A stretch of 64,000 nucleotides of DNA from an uncultured Thermococci archaeon (GCA_964549615.1 CAZJVP010000020.1:64001-128000), one strand, 5' to 3'; positions 39,719 through 50,485 are shown, counted from the first letter of the stretch. The notes: generated by a model from the letters alone, not told the origin. Made by a program: numbers and translations.

Positions 39719-39893
39719 CGTCCCTCCACAGGGCAGGCAGAACGCAGGATGCCTTGGCCACAACGCGCTGAGCGCGAGTGGTGCTGGTCCGCCTTCTCGC
39801 TCACGATCCTTGATATCCAACCTGCTCGAAGCGGCGCCGGTTGCAGCTTGCGAAACAGGTTTATGCATGTACATACGCCGCTTGGTCCCGCAA

Positions 39894-40847
39894 ATGATGA
39901 TCTCCTATCTGGTCATAGCGGGTGCCACCTGGGTCGGGTTCAATATCGGGGCCAACGATGGCGCCAACTGCGTCGGAGCCTGCATCGGGGGAGGAGCCCT
40001 CGGATTCCGCAAGGCCGTTCTTCTCGGCGCAGCATTCGCATTCGTCGGCGGGCTCTTCGGGACAAAAGTCACCGCCACCATATCCCAAGACGTGCTGCTG
40101 CCTAGCGACCTCACGCCAATGGCCGCCGCCGCCTGCCTCTTCGCGGCCGGCTCAGTTGTAGCTCTCGCCACGACGTTCGGCATGCCCGTATCAACTTCCC
40201 ACGCGACCGTGCTCGCGATGGTGGGCGTCGGCCTCGGCACGAAGGCGCATATTGAAATGGCGAACCTCGCCAAGATAGTGTCCTCTTGGGTCATCCTGCC
40301 CGTAGCTATGATCGGCCTTTCATTCCTGATCATCACCGTCCTGAAGTCGCTCCTCTCGCGGGTCAGCTCGCTTGTGAACCTTGAGATCATACTGAAGTAC
40401 ATGTTGATCGCCAGCAGCATGTACGCTTCATTTGCTCTTGGTGCAAGCCACGCTGGACTCGCGGGCGGAATGGTGGAGGGGGCAGAAATCCTAGGCCGCT
40501 TCGGGGCGACGCTCTTAGGATCCTTTTGCATCGCGGCCGGCGTCTTGTTTTTCGGCGGTAGAGTCATAAGGACGCTCGCCGAGGGAATCACTCCCTTGAG
40601 TCCGGTCTCTGCCTTCGCGATGCAACTCTCCGCCGCCGTGGGGCTGAACGTGTGTTCGATCCTCGGATTGCCTGTATCCAGTTCACAGGCCATCGTCGCG
40701 GCCGCGGTTGGGGTTGGCCTCGCCCAGCGTGGGACGGCAGTGAACAGCAGGCAGATAGCCAAGATAGTCGTCTTCTGGATCGTTATCCCCATCGGCACTT
40801 TCCTAGCGACATATCTGTTCTTCCAGTTCATCGGTCACCATGGCTGA
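39894..40847 (+). CDS. PiT family inorganic phosphate transporter
   Basis: GFNIGANDGAN signature, PVSTSH, PVSSSQAIV. Confidence 0.9.
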   Translation: MMISYLVIAGATWVGFNIGANDGANCVGACIGGGALGFRKAVLLGAAFAFVGGLFGTKVTATISQDVLLPSDLTPMAAAACLFAAGSVVALATTFGMPVSTSHATVLAMVGVGLGTKAHIEMANLAKIVSSWVILPVAMIGLSFLIITVLKSLLSRVSSLVNLEIILKYMLIASSMYASFALGASHAGLAGGMVEGAEILGRFGATLLGSFCIAAGVLFFGGRVIRTLAEGITPLSPVSAFAMQLSAAVGLNVCSILGLPVSSSQAIVAAAVGVGLAQRGTAVNSRQIAKIVVFWIVIPIGTFLATYLFFQFIGHHG

Positions 40848-40894
40848 GGCAAAAGATTCTTCATTGGAAAGAATGTGGAAGGAGACGTGGTTAG

Positions 40895-41530
40895 TTGGTA
40901 GGAGCAAAAGAGAAACGTGCCATGGAAGGGATCAACACACACATGAAGCTGGTCGCTGATTGCACGACCCAGCTGGCGAAGGTGTATCAGCTGTACGTGG
41001 GGGGCGACCCTGAGAGATACCAACAGGAAGCCATGCGGATGCGCGAGATGGAGCGCGAGGCTGACGAGGTCAGGAGGCAGGTGGAGCTCACCATATACTC
41101 TGGTGCATTCATGCCCATCTACAGGGAGGACTATCTGTCCCTGACCGAGCTGATCGACGAGGTTGCAGATGGCTGCCTTTCAGCGGTAAACCTCCTGTCC
41201 CTAACGAGGGTCAGGATACCGAAGGCAGCGGTGGACAGGATCGCTGCGTTGATCGAGAAAACCATCCAGTGCGTCGATGCCTTGCGGCAGTGCGTATCGA
41301 TCTGCTTGAAGGACAGAAGGAAGGCAGCTGAGATGGCGGCACGGGTGGAAGAACTGGAGGAATCCATAGACCAAGACGAATTCGATCTGCGCTCTGCCCT
41401 TTACAGGATGCCAATAGAGGGTTACGACAAACTGCTGCTCAACGATGTGGTGGAAAGGATCGGGAGCATATCCGACACCGCCGAGGACGTGAGCGATAGG
41501 ATAGTCATCATGGTCAGCAAGAGGGGATAG
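40895..41530 (+). CDS. DUF47 / PhoU-like phosphate transport accessory protein
   Basis: EREADEVRR, PIYRED, ISDTAEDVSDRI; follows PiT. Confidence 0.88.
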   Translation: MVGAKEKRAMEGINTHMKLVADCTTQLAKVYQLYVGGDPERYQQEAMRMREMEREADEVRRQVELTIYSGAFMPIYREDYLSLTELIDEVADGCLSAVNLLSLTRVRIPKAAVDRIAALIEKTIQCVDALRQCVSICLKDRRKAAEMAARVEELEESIDQDEFDLRSALYRMPIEGYDKLLLNDVVERIGSISDTAEDVSDRIVIMVSKRG

Positions 41531-41687
41531 TCCCGTCCCGAACACGATGCCCGCGTAAACACCTGACCCGGTCAGGGGCCTGCCCGGATCTCGGCTTTCC
41601 CAAGCATAGCTAGCGGCTACCAAAAATCTTTAAGGCCACCCGGCGAGACCTTCGCGTTAATCCGTAGGTCGCGGTGCTGATAGCCAA

Positions 41688-42059
41688 ATGGGGCTGGCGA
41701 GCTTCGTCCAAGAGATAGGTGAGGTCCTCGAAAGGAATCTGAAGAGCAAGGCCGTCATCGTCACCATCATGGTCCTTGCCGCCCTCTTCCACGTAGTCTG
41801 CTTCATAATCCTGGGAATCCTATCGTTCACGCTATACATCCGCTCCCTGAGAGGCCCGTTACCCCTCTTTCCGAAGCGTGATGATAAGGAGACCGGGACG
41901 ATAGTCATCGGGATCGTGCTTTTTGGTTTCGGCCTCTACTACCTCGTGAGATCGTATATCCCAGAATTCGGGTGGCAGATAGCGTTCGTGCTGGTCGGTT
42001 CGTTCTTGATCGCCTTCGGGCTGAGCAGAGGAAGCGAGAGGCGTGAGGCGGGACACTAG
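41688..42059 (+). CDS. Hypothetical membrane protein
   Basis: Three hydrophobic segments; first gene of an overlapping trio. Confidence 0.55.
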   Translation: MGLASFVQEIGEVLERNLKSKAVIVTIMVLAALFHVVCFIILGILSFTLYIRSLRGPLPLFPKRDDKETGTIVIGIVLFGFGLYYLVRSYIPEFGWQIAFVLVGSFLIAFGLSRGSERREAGH

Positions 42060-42243
42060 GCGGGACAAGTACCTGCTCAGGGGATTCTTCGCAACCACCC
42101 TCGGCCTGATGTGGCTTGCGGCCGCAAAGCAACTTGTAGAGTTTCGGCCAGGACCGTACATCGCAGTCTTCTGCATGGCCTTTGGAGCGGAGATGGTCGC
42201 AATCGGGCTAATCAGAGAGCGCGCGAGAAGGTCTTTGCCTTGA
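42043..42243 (+). CDS. Small two-TM hypothetical protein
   Basis: 66 aa, two hydrophobic helices, overlaps both neighbours. Confidence 0.45.
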   Translation: MRRDTRRDKYLLRGFFATTLGLMWLAAAKQLVEFRPGPYIAVFCMAFGAEMVAIGLIRERARRSLP

Positions 42244-43289
42244 AGATTGATCCGCTGCCATCCGCAATCGCCGTCGGCATCTTCTTGATCACGATCTCGG
42301 TCCTTGACCTTTCGTTGGCGCCCGAGACGAGCAAGGCCTATCTGGCGATCATGTGCGGAGCCATGTTCTTCGCCGCGTCCATTGTCTCAAGACGAGGAGG
42401 GGCTGCTGAGTTGGGTGCTCAGACCGTCGCCTCCTATGCCACGCTCTTGGTCGCCGCGCTCGTTTTCTTCTCGCTGCCCCTTCCGGTACCCATTTTTTCG
42501 CTCGTCACCGGGCAGGAGGCCGTCCTTAGCGAAGCCCATGAGGGAAACATCACGACTGCCAGGGTCCTCATCAGCTTGGATATGGTGAACCTTGAACTCT
42601 CGCTCGAGAACTCCAACACGTCGGGATACAGGATAAGCTCCGAGATGGCAGCCCGGGGCGTGACCAAGAAGGCAGCGTCCCGGGTCTTGGAGAAGTGCAG
42701 ACTCGAGATATTTGACGTGGGGGGCAACATCAGCGTCCGATTGACGGGGCCCAAGCGCCTGCAGATAAGGGTTAGGCCTCGCCTGACCATCCGGGTGCCG
42801 ACGAACGCCACCGTAAACCTCGAGGTCAGATCTACCAAGGGGTCGCTGAACCTGACCGGGCTCTCCTGCGGAAGGATAGGCGCTTGGATGAAAACGGGCA
42901 CCATCAGCGCCCGTTCTCTCAGCGCGTGGTCGTGCGAATTGGTCCTGGACAACGGTCCAATCGACATCGAAGTCGTGGCTCGACAGCTTCGCCTCCAGAC
43001 CATAATCGGCGACATCCGCGTCCTGTCGCTCAGGCCCGAAGCCGATCTGTCGGCAGAAAGCGTTAATGGCAAGATAGACGCTCGGCTGAACTTTTCGGAC
43101 GAGATCGGCTACTGGGTCGAGGCCGACACAATCGGTGGATCCATACAGGTCAACCTGACCAACGTTCTCGTGATCAAGCAGAAGACCGGCTTCATCTCCG
43201 TCAGAAGCCGAGATCTAGAGGAGAAGAAGGCGATCACCAACGTATATGCAAGGACGACAACGGGCAACATCACGATAGCTCAGGCCTAG
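42240..43289 (+). CDS. DUF4097-like beta-strand repeat protein with N-terminal TMs
   Basis: Repeats STKGSL, MKTGTI, DNGPID, TIIGDI, SVNGKI, TTTGNI. TTG start overlaps the previous stop. Confidence 0.75.
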   Translation: MKIDPLPSAIAVGIFLITISVLDLSLAPETSKAYLAIMCGAMFFAASIVSRRGGAAELGAQTVASYATLLVAALVFFSLPLPVPIFSLVTGQEAVLSEAHEGNITTARVLISLDMVNLELSLENSNTSGYRISSEMAARGVTKKAASRVLEKCRLEIFDVGGNISVRLTGPKRLQIRVRPRLTIRVPTNATVNLEVRSTKGSLNLTGLSCGRIGAWMKTGTISARSLSAWSCELVLDNGPIDIEVVARQLRLQTIIGDIRVLSLRPEADLSAESVNGKIDARLNFSDEIGYWVEADTIGGSIQVNLTNVLVIKQKTGFISVRSRDLEEKKAITNVYARTTTGNITIAQA

Positions 43290-43325
43290 CCGTCCAACCA
43301 CTTCGAAATGCCGACAGCGCACACA

Positions 43326-43670
43326 CTACTTCTTGGCCTTGGCCAGGCCCAGGCGTGCCCTCATGTCCTTGTTCCGGATCAGCTTTCCGACGATGTCTTT
43401 CAGCAAGGGATTCTCTCCGCCGCGGTTCTTCGTCTCGTACTCAAGGGCCATGAGCGTCTCACGAATCTTCTTCTTGACCGCCCTAGAGGCCAACGGCATG
43501 GACGCCTTCTGGTAGAGGGAAGAGCTCTCGTCGTAGCACACGATGGCCCTCTTCATGCATTCAACTCTGCCACCAGGGTTTGATGACTCCTTGTACGCCT
43601 TGAGCATGAGGAGGTCACCTTGACCCTCCAGTGACGAGGCTTCTAGCAATCCGGAGGAATCGATCTTCAT
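43326..43670 (-). CDS. Hypothetical helical protein
   Basis: Lys/Glu-rich 114-aa ORF filling the gap; TTTAAG TATA-like sequence upstream. Confidence 0.5.
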   Translation of the reverse strand: MKIDSSGLLEASSLEGQGDLLMLKAYKESSNPGGRVECMKRAIVCYDESSSLYQKASMPLASRAVKKKIRETLMALEYETKNRGGENPLLKDIVGKLIRNKDMRARLGLAKAKK

Positions 43671-43716
43671 CTCAATCTAAGATCTGCGGCAGGATGCCGA
43701 ATCTTCTTAAATCTTG

Positions 43717-44742
43717 TCAACTCTCCCGACCCCGGTATGCGATCTCCACTCCTGTATCCCGCCTCCGTTCGGACTCTGCCACGACTAGGCCGGCGATTAT
43801 CGCTGCAGAACAGGCCAGTTGGACTGCTGAGAGCGAATCACCCAGAAACGCTCTCCCAAGTATCAGCGCGACGACCGGAACCAGGAATATGAAGCCCGCC
43901 GCCCTTGAAGCCTCCATGCGGCTGAGAGCCCCGACATAGCATGAATAGGCCAAAACCGTCGGAACCAACGCGAGGATGAGCAGCAGTCCTACCTCTGAAC
44001 CGGATAACTTGGCCACCCACCCGAGCGGTTCGGTCGCCGCCGCGAAAGCCAATAGAGGAATCGTCCCGCCGATCGAAGTTCCGGCAAGCAGCGACATGGG
44101 GTGCACCCTATCCAGTATGGACGCCCTCAGCGCAACGGTGTAGAAGGCGTAAGCCACGCTGCTGCCGACGATCAACGCCAGTCCGTATGCGGAAGCGTTG
44201 CCCGACCCTTTCGAACCGAACGAGAGCACCATCGTCCCCGAGAACGCCGCGATCGACCCAACCAACCTCCTTGCACCAAACCGCTCGTCCAGAAGAACCG
44301 CCGCGATGATGGCAGTGTAGATCGGGCCCGCCCCTTGGACGACCCCGGACAGGCTTGCGCTGAGATGGAGCATGCCGTAGTTTTGGAGGATGTTCGGCAG
44401 GAAGGTGCCCACGAAACCTATGGCGAAGAACCTTCCCCACAAGGCACGGCTGAGGAGCTGATCCCGCAGCCTCGGAATCGCAAGGGTCACGCATAGCAGG
44501 ACGAGCGCAGCGATCCCAAACCTTGCCGCTGCGAGTCCCGCCGGCGGCAGGGTGCCCAGCGCCATCTTTATCCACGTGAATGATGCTCCCCAGCAGACGA
44601 CGGATACGAGCATCAGGCAGCTCCCAACCAGGCCCGAGTTCGATCGGCTCTTCAACGGCCGGTCCAGGAAATCCTTCGATAAATGTCTATCAGTCGGCGA
44701 GTCGGCGACTAGCCGGCCAGCCATCCTACGTTCGTTCTGCAC
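43717..44742 (-). CDS. DMT/EamA family transporter
   Basis: About 10 TM segments, WGASF..IK, AARF, PIYTAIIAAVLLDE. Start uncertain. Confidence 0.9.
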   Translation of the reverse strand: MQNERRMAGRLVADSPTDRHLSKDFLDRPLKSRSNSGLVGSCLMLVSVVCWGASFTWIKMALGTLPPAGLAAARFGIAALVLLCVTLAIPRLRDQLLSRALWGRFFAIGFVGTFLPNILQNYGMLHLSASLSGVVQGAGPIYTAIIAAVLLDERFGARRLVGSIAAFSGTMVLSFGSKGSGNASAYGLALIVGSSVAYAFYTVALRASILDRVHPMSLLAGTSIGGTIPLLAFAAATEPLGWVAKLSGSEVGLLLILALVPTVLAYSCYVGALSRMEASRAAGFIFLVPVVALILGRAFLGDSLSAVQLACSAAIIAGLVVAESERRRDTGVEIAYRGRES

Positions 44743-44862
44743 CCCCTGGCAGCTTTCCAGTTGATTATCGTTAGGGCAACCTTCGGGCAGCGAGCCGCGA
44801 GCCGTGAGCCGTGAAACCTTTATTAGGCCTAGTCCGTGCTGCCTCGCACGCGGGTGATCGCG

Positions 44863-45648
44863 ATGAAGTTGGCATGCCAGGAAAACTTGGTTCCGGGCAA
44901 GACCCTGAACGAGAAGCTCACCAAGATGGAGTCGTACGGATTCAGGGGGGCCGAATTCTGGGGCCGAGGACTGCCCGAACGGATGGATGAGATAAAGGAA
45001 GCCCTTGCCTCCACAAAGCTGAAGGCCTCAACGATATGTGCGGGCTATGGGGGGTGCCTGCTGGACACCGACAAGAACGAGAGGAAGAAGGCAATGGAGG
45101 ACATCAAGGCGCTCCTCAAGGCTGGAGCTGACCTCGGCGTGGTTGGGCTCATCACGGTTCCGATCTTCGGCGGGCCGCGCATCCCGGACCTCACCCCTTA
45201 CGCGCCTGCCGTGGAGATAGAGAAGAAGCTGCTCGTGCTGGAACTCAAGGAGCTCGGCAAACATGCACAGGACGTCGGGTGCCTTGTCCTGTTGGAGCCG
45301 CTGAACAGGTACGAGACGCATCTTCTCCGTACCCTGAACGATGCAATGGAGATCCAGAAGGCGGTGGGCATCGACAGCGTGAAGATAATGGCGGACTTCT
45401 TCCACATGAGCATTGAGGAGAGGGACATCGCAGCAAGCCTTCGGGAGGCTGGGGACGCTGTGAGCCACATACATCTGGCCGACAGCACGAGGCAGCTGCC
45501 CGGTTACGGGCATACCGATTTCAGGTCCGGCTTCGCCGCGCTCAAGAAGATTGGATACGACAAGTACATGGCACTCGAATGCGGCGTGCCCGGCGACCCC
45601 GAGGTTGAGCTTCCCAAGGCCGTCAAGTACCTCAAGTCGTGCATGTGA
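44863..45648 (+). CDS. Sugar phosphate isomerase/epimerase (xylose-isomerase-like TIM barrel)
   Basis: LEPLNRYET, ADFFHMSIEE, HIHLADS.R..PG.GH.DF, ALEC. Confidence 0.92.
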   Translation: MKLACQENLVPGKTLNEKLTKMESYGFRGAEFWGRGLPERMDEIKEALASTKLKASTICAGYGGCLLDTDKNERKKAMEDIKALLKAGADLGVVGLITVPIFGGPRIPDLTPYAPAVEIEKKLLVLELKELGKHAQDVGCLVLLEPLNRYETHLLRTLNDAMEIQKAVGIDSVKIMADFFHMSIEERDIAASLREAGDAVSHIHLADSTRQLPGYGHTDFRSGFAALKKIGYDKYMALECGVPGDPEVELPKAVKYLKSCM

Positions 45649-45657
45649 GGCGATTAC

Positions 45658-46620
45658 GTGCCGGTCAGAGTCGGATTCGTCGGCGTAGGCGGAATAGCGC
45701 AGGGACACCTCAACAACGTCAAGAGGAATCCCCTGGCCGAGCTCGTCGCCGTCTGCGACATAGTTGAGGAGAAGGCGAAAGCGGCGTCCGAGAAGTTCGG
45801 CGCCAAGCCCTACACCAACTTTGCGGACATGATCAAGAGGGAAGATCTGCAGGCGCTCTACGTCTGCGTCCCGCCGCACGCACACGGCAAGGTCGAGTTG
45901 CTCGCGGCTGAGAAGGGGATATCCCTTTTCATAGAGAAGCCGCTGGCCTCCGACCCGCTCACCCCGGAGAGAATCGCAAAGGCCATCTCGAGAAAAGGGG
46001 TGATCGCAAGCGTGGGTTACAACTGGCGTTACAGCGACATGACGGACAGAGCCCTCGAAATCCTTAAGGACAAGACCATCGGACTGGTCCTAGGATACTG
46101 GATGGGCGGGCTGCCCGGGGTAGCTTGGTGGCGGGTGAAGGCCCAGTCGGGAGGCCAGGCCGTTGAGCAGACGACTCACATCTTTGACATGGCGAGATGT
46201 CTCGCCGGCGAGGTCAAGACCGTCTATGCATCGGCTGGGCTCCAGTGCATGAAGGACGTGGAGAACCTCGACGTGGAGGACGCCTCGGCCGTGAACCTCA
46301 CCTTCAAGAACGGGGCGCCTGGAGCCATAATCTCGACCTGCATGCTCAGCCAAGGCTATCGGGTGATGATCTCGGTCTTCTCGAGGGACCTAGCCTTGGA
46401 GCACACGCAGGGGACCCTCAGGATCATGACCCCTGCGGAGGAGAGGTTGCTCAAGTCAAGGGTCGACCCATATGCCAAGGAGGATGAGATCTTCATCGAG
46501 GCAGTGTCGACGGGAAATGCCTCAAAGATAAGGTCGCCCTACGACGACGCGCTCAAGACCCACCGGGTAACGATGGCGGCAAACCGCTCCATGCGAACCG
46601 GTAGGCCAGTGGCACTGTAG
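45658..46620 (+). CDS. Gfo/Idh/MocA oxidoreductase
   Basis: GFVGVGGIA, FIEKP, SGGQAVEQTTHIFD. Confidence 0.92.
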   Translation: MPVRVGFVGVGGIAQGHLNNVKRNPLAELVAVCDIVEEKAKAASEKFGAKPYTNFADMIKREDLQALYVCVPPHAHGKVELLAAEKGISLFIEKPLASDPLTPERIAKAISRKGVIASVGYNWRYSDMTDRALEILKDKTIGLVLGYWMGGLPGVAWWRVKAQSGGQAVEQTTHIFDMARCLAGEVKTVYASAGLQCMKDVENLDVEDASAVNLTFKNGAPGAIISTCMLSQGYRVMISVFSRDLALEHTQGTLRIMTPAEERLLKSRVDPYAKEDEIFIEAVSTGNASKIRSPYDDALKTHRVTMAANRSMRTGRPVAL

Positions 46621-47100
46621 GATTCGGGTTGGCCGGCCTTCCGCCCGTCTTAGGCCTTCAGCGTGGCGATCGCCCCGGGGTCAGATGGCTAGAGCGCGCA
46701 AGGAAGGCTTCGTCGAACACTTCTCCGAAAGCATGTACAAACTGCGGGGGGCGAGCTCTTCGATCGTTGTCCAGGAACGCGTGAGGCCCTACTCGAGCAA
46801 GCGGCATCTTCGCGTCCCATCTCCTGGCGCCGACCCAGGCAAACAGCCGGTTGGCAAAGGCCCGGCGTCCGAAAGCTGGCCGCGAAGGCGAGCTTGGGCG
46901 GCATTATCTTGCCGAATGCCAAGCGTGCCACGAGGCATGGGCCTAGCAGCCCGAATCGCAAACCCAGTTCGACACTAGAAAGATTCAGAAGGGCAAGAAA
47001 GCAAGGTCCGTTAGAGAATCTGGCAGCGATACGAATCAAAAGCACGGAGAGAGCGCGGGGGGTCCTCTACAGATCCTACCCCCGGATCAGCGGCGGCAGC

Positions 47101-47688
47101 TCAGCCAACCGACACCTCGTTATCGCCCTTGCTGCCGACGGAGAAGGAAATGGGTCGTGCGGGGATCTCGAGCATCTCGTCCGGACGCAGCAGGGAGACG
47201 GCCGCCTCCCTTCCGATGATGTGTATGTAAAGGATTCTCTCGGGGCTCACTAGATCCGGGCGCGGCCTCGCGATGCGATGCCAAAGCACCTCAACCAGCC
47301 GGGCCAGGGCACTGGAGGGTCCGCCCGTCCTGTACACCACCATCTTCCAGCCTTCGCCCTCGCGGATCCCATCTGCGACCTTGGAGGCGAGCTCGGCGAC
47401 TCTGACCGGATCGCTCGTGCACCAGAAGTCTGCGGGAATCCAGCATCGGGTGTATGAGAACCTCTCCGGCTGGATGGCGTACAGATACCTGAGACGCCTC
47501 ACCACCCTGCGTGGCTCTTCTTCCACAGCAAGCTTCACGACGCCCTCCACGTCGGCGTCAAGCAGCGACGCCCGACTTCGAACCGCGCCCAGCAGGTCGC
47601 AGACCTCAAGCCTCGCCTCCGCCGGGCAGGCCCGATCGTACGTTGAGAGCAGGTTGGCCAGGCGCTCCATCGAACCAATACAAGTCAA
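47101..47688 (-). CDS. THUMP-domain RNA-binding protein
   Basis: NLLSTY, RWIPAD-like segment, C-terminal PDLVSPERILYIHIIGREAAVSLL. Confidence 0.65.
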   Translation of the reverse strand: MTCIGSMERLANLLSTYDRACPAEARLEVCDLLGAVRSRASLLDADVEGVVKLAVEEEPRRVVRRLRYLYAIQPERFSYTRCWIPADFWCTSDPVRVAELASKVADGIREGEGWKMVVYRTGGPSSALARLVEVLWHRIARPRPDLVSPERILYIHIIGREAAVSLLRPDEMLEIPARPISFSVGSKGDNEVSVG

Positions 47689-47785
47689 GCGGCTAGAAAT
47701 ATTGAACGCCTACACCCAGGAGATTCCCTGCGAGGGTCTCGGCGCCAGTCCAAGAGCCAGCCTTCAGTCCGCCGACCCATGGACC

Positions 47786-50485
47786 CTACTCCAATTCGGC
47801 GTGGAGGTCTTCAAAAAGCCCCGTGAAGGCGTTGATGTACTCCTTTCGCTGCCCGTCCTCTGAGGCGTAGGTGACCTCATAGTAGGGCATATGCACGAGG
47901 CGGACCCCCTCCAGTCGATATCCGGGGTAAATGGTTCGCACCAATGCTTCCACGCCGTCACGGTCGTATCTCATTTCGAGGACGCGTTCGGCCCTCAGCA
48001 CGGCGGTGCTGGGAAGCTGCCCCTTGACCGAGTCCGGCCTGGGAGGGAACCTGATCCCCTTGGACAGGGAGCCTCTGAGGCGCCCCTTCCTGTCCTCGGA
48101 AAGTTCTATGATCCCCTTGTCCGAAAGCTCCGTCATGGCCTCGCGTATCTTGGCCCTGCCCATGCCAAGCTCCGCCTCGCATTCCTCGGGCATCCTCCCA
48201 TGGATCACGCAGCGCAAGACGCCAAGATGCCTTTCGCCAAGCGAGGTCAGGGAACGAAGGTTGCTTGACCTCCTGAAGTCGCGGAAGTCCACGACGAGCT
48301 CCCTAAGGTATGCATCGAAGAGCACCGTGCACCTGACCACAAGCCTGCCCGTCAACCACCCCTGCTTCCGAAGCGACAGGGTCGATTCGAACATCGGGCA
48401 GTGAACCAACTGAACCGACTCTATGAACTCCTTTGGCCTGCCCGTCCAGCTCTTTCTTATTCTCTCGAGTGCCATGCCCTTGGCGGAGTCCAGACGGAGA
48501 ACCACCGGGTAGGACTCGACCTCCTGACCGTGCAACGCCCGCGCTTCTGCTGTGTGCGAGCGCACCTGGGATGTCTGGACAGCTGACGGTTCCGGCTTGG
48601 ATTCAGCCCCAATCGTAGGTTCCATGAGGCTCGAGAGGCCGACCTCTTCCTCCTGGGCCACCTCTTCCCTCTCAAGAGCCGGGAACTCCTCCGTCACCTC
48701 TTGCGACTCCGGACCGCTGACTATTAGGTGGTCCGCGTAGTATCTCGCCTTCCCGCGGCCGGCATGCTCCGAACCCAGGATGATCCTAGGAACCTTCTCC
48801 CCCTGCTCGGGCTGTTCCCCGGCGTCCGCACCAGACCCTTCACCCGCCTCCAGATCGCTCGGGAGGCCGGGTGGACCAAGCGGAAGTTGGAGCTCAGCCT
48901 CAGCGGGTTCTTGGGAAGCCGGCTCATCCGGGCTTGCGGAGACTATCTCCAGCGGCTCGGCCGGGGTTTTCTCCACGGTCGCGGAAGGCGGGACGCGACC
49001 CGCCTCCTCGCCCCATATGCTGGGTATGCTCGAAACTCTCCCTTCCTGGGTGGGGCCCGGTCCCGCCTTGCTCGATGTGTCGAGAGGCGGAAGTTGCTTC
49101 TGCGGCACTGACTCCTTTCCCGAATGGTGGGTGAGCCTGGGCCTTATCTGTATAAGGAAGGCGCGCTGCTGCGTCTTCTGGTCAGCAAGGATGGCAAAGC
49201 CGGACGGTATCCCTCGGACGAAGTCGGAATCGGCCAACTGGGGAGGAAGCTTGGCCGGCACCCTCCGCAGCAGCGCCGCTATATCATCCTCCAACCCGAG
49301 GCTGTGGCCGATCAGGATGTCCACCTGCGACAGTATGTCATCATCCGTCGCAGCCGGCCTCTGCGTCGCGAATACCAAGGCACAGCCAGGCTTGCGCCCG
49401 ACCTTGGCGTACTCGATGAGGGGCTTCGATGCCGCAGTCAACCCCCTCCTTGGGATCAGAAGGTGGGCCTCGTCTATCATGAGCCAGGTCACGGGGATTC
49501 TCGGACCCTCGCCAGCGAGCCCAAGCTCCTCCCTGCGGGCATTCTCCATCCTCGCTTGCAGGATCTTCTTCGCTATGATCCCTACTATCAACGCCCTCAT
49601 CTGGTTCTCAAGCTTGGGGTGGCTTACGTCGATCACCGTCACCCTGTCCCAGACGGAGATTTCCTCTATGGGGGTTCCCTCCCGGGAAAAGATGCCCCAG
49701 TTCTCGGCGGCCTTGAGTCTCGCGATCACGCTGCGCCGGGTCGAGCGCGCGTATCCCTTCTCCTCCGAACAGAGCTCGATATCCCTATCCATGACGTCGA
49801 TTATGTCCTCGATCGTGTAGTCACTGCCCTTCCCCGGGATGAATTCGACCTCGTTTAGGCCCTTCCTGACCTTGTACCCTTGCCTAACTTTCTCCAGCGC
49901 CTCACCTATGAGCAAGCCTTGAATCTTGAACCTGTCCAGGCCGAAGACCAGGCACCATTCCTCCGAGGTGAGCTCGGACGGCTTAATGGAGAAGGACCCA
50001 TCCAGAACGTCGTTACCTTGTCCGAAGATCCCGAGAGGCCCGAGGATGCGGACGTTATCCAAGGCTTGGGGCTTGAGCCCCCATCTTTCCAGCTCGCTGA
50101 TCTCCTTCCGGTTCTGGTTTTCCTTCTTCAGCGACCAGTAGATGCCTATCGGATCGACTATCACGGTCCCGATGCCGATCCTGGTTCTGCATAGTTCCTC
50201 GGCAATGACGCCCAGGGTGTAGCTCTTCCCGCCGCCCCTCTTCCCGCAGATGAAGATGATGTGGGGAAACTTGGCATCGACATAGACGCGGTACCCGTGG
50301 AAGGACTGCCCACTTGCCTGTTTCTCGCATACCGCCCCGATGTCAAGGAGGCCCTCGAATCCCTCCCGCTTCTGCTCTTTCTTGGTCCTCCCGACAATGA
50401 TCGCCTCCTTTCCCGGGTCAAAGACCGGGTCGAGGCGCTCGTCCACTATGGGCCGGAAGCTCGTGCTAGCGTAAAGTCTTCCCAA
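47786..50485 (-). CDS. HerA/FtsK-like (DUF87) ATPase with long acidic linker and C-terminal wHTH-containing domain
   Basis: Walker A GKRGGGKS, IVDPIG, Walker B LMIDEAH, GRK.G..LVFATQRP, Pro/Glu-rich linker. Confidence 0.85.
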   Translation of the reverse strand: MGRLYASTSFRPIVDERLDPVFDPGKEAIIVGRTKKEQKREGFEGLLDIGAVCEKQASGQSFHGYRVYVDAKFPHIIFICGKRGGGKSYTLGVIAEELCRTRIGIGTVIVDPIGIYWSLKKENQNRKEISELERWGLKPQALDNVRILGPLGIFGQGNDVLDGSFSIKPSELTSEEWCLVFGLDRFKIQGLLIGEALEKVRQGYKVRKGLNEVEFIPGKGSDYTIEDIIDVMDRDIELCSEEKGYARSTRRSVIARLKAAENWGIFSREGTPIEEISVWDRVTVIDVSHPKLENQMRALIVGIIAKKILQARMENARREELGLAGEGPRIPVTWLMIDEAHLLIPRRGLTAASKPLIEYAKVGRKPGCALVFATQRPAATDDDILSQVDILIGHSLGLEDDIAALLRRVPAKLPPQLADSDFVRGIPSGFAILADQKTQQRAFLIQIRPRLTHHSGKESVPQKQLPPLDTSSKAGPGPTQEGRVSSIPSIWGEEAGRVPPSATVEKTPAEPLEIVSASPDEPASQEPAEAELQLPLGPPGLPSDLEAGEGSGADAGEQPEQGEKVPRIILGSEHAGRGKARYYADHLIVSGPESQEVTEEFPALEREEVAQEEEVGLSSLMEPTIGAESKPEPSAVQTSQVRSHTAEARALHGQEVESYPVVLRLDSAKGMALERIRKSWTGRPKEFIESVQLVHCPMFESTLSLRKQGWLTGRLVVRCTVLFDAYLRELVVDFRDFRRSSNLRSLTSLGERHLGVLRCVIHGRMPEECEAELGMGRAKIREAMTELSDKGIIELSEDRKGRLRGSLSKGIRFPPRPDSVKGQLPSTAVLRAERVLEMRYDRDGVEALVRTIYPGYRLEGVRLVHMPYYEVTYASEDGQRKEYINAFTGLFEDLHAELE

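Noticed and set aside
44792-44812. GAGCCG(C/T) x3 tandem repeat upstream of a TATA box
   Set aside because: Too short and GC-typical to support an operator call without a second occurrence
46621-47100. ORFs or ncRNA in the gap between convergent genes
   Set aside because: No recognisable protein motif, and no SRP or RNase P signature seen
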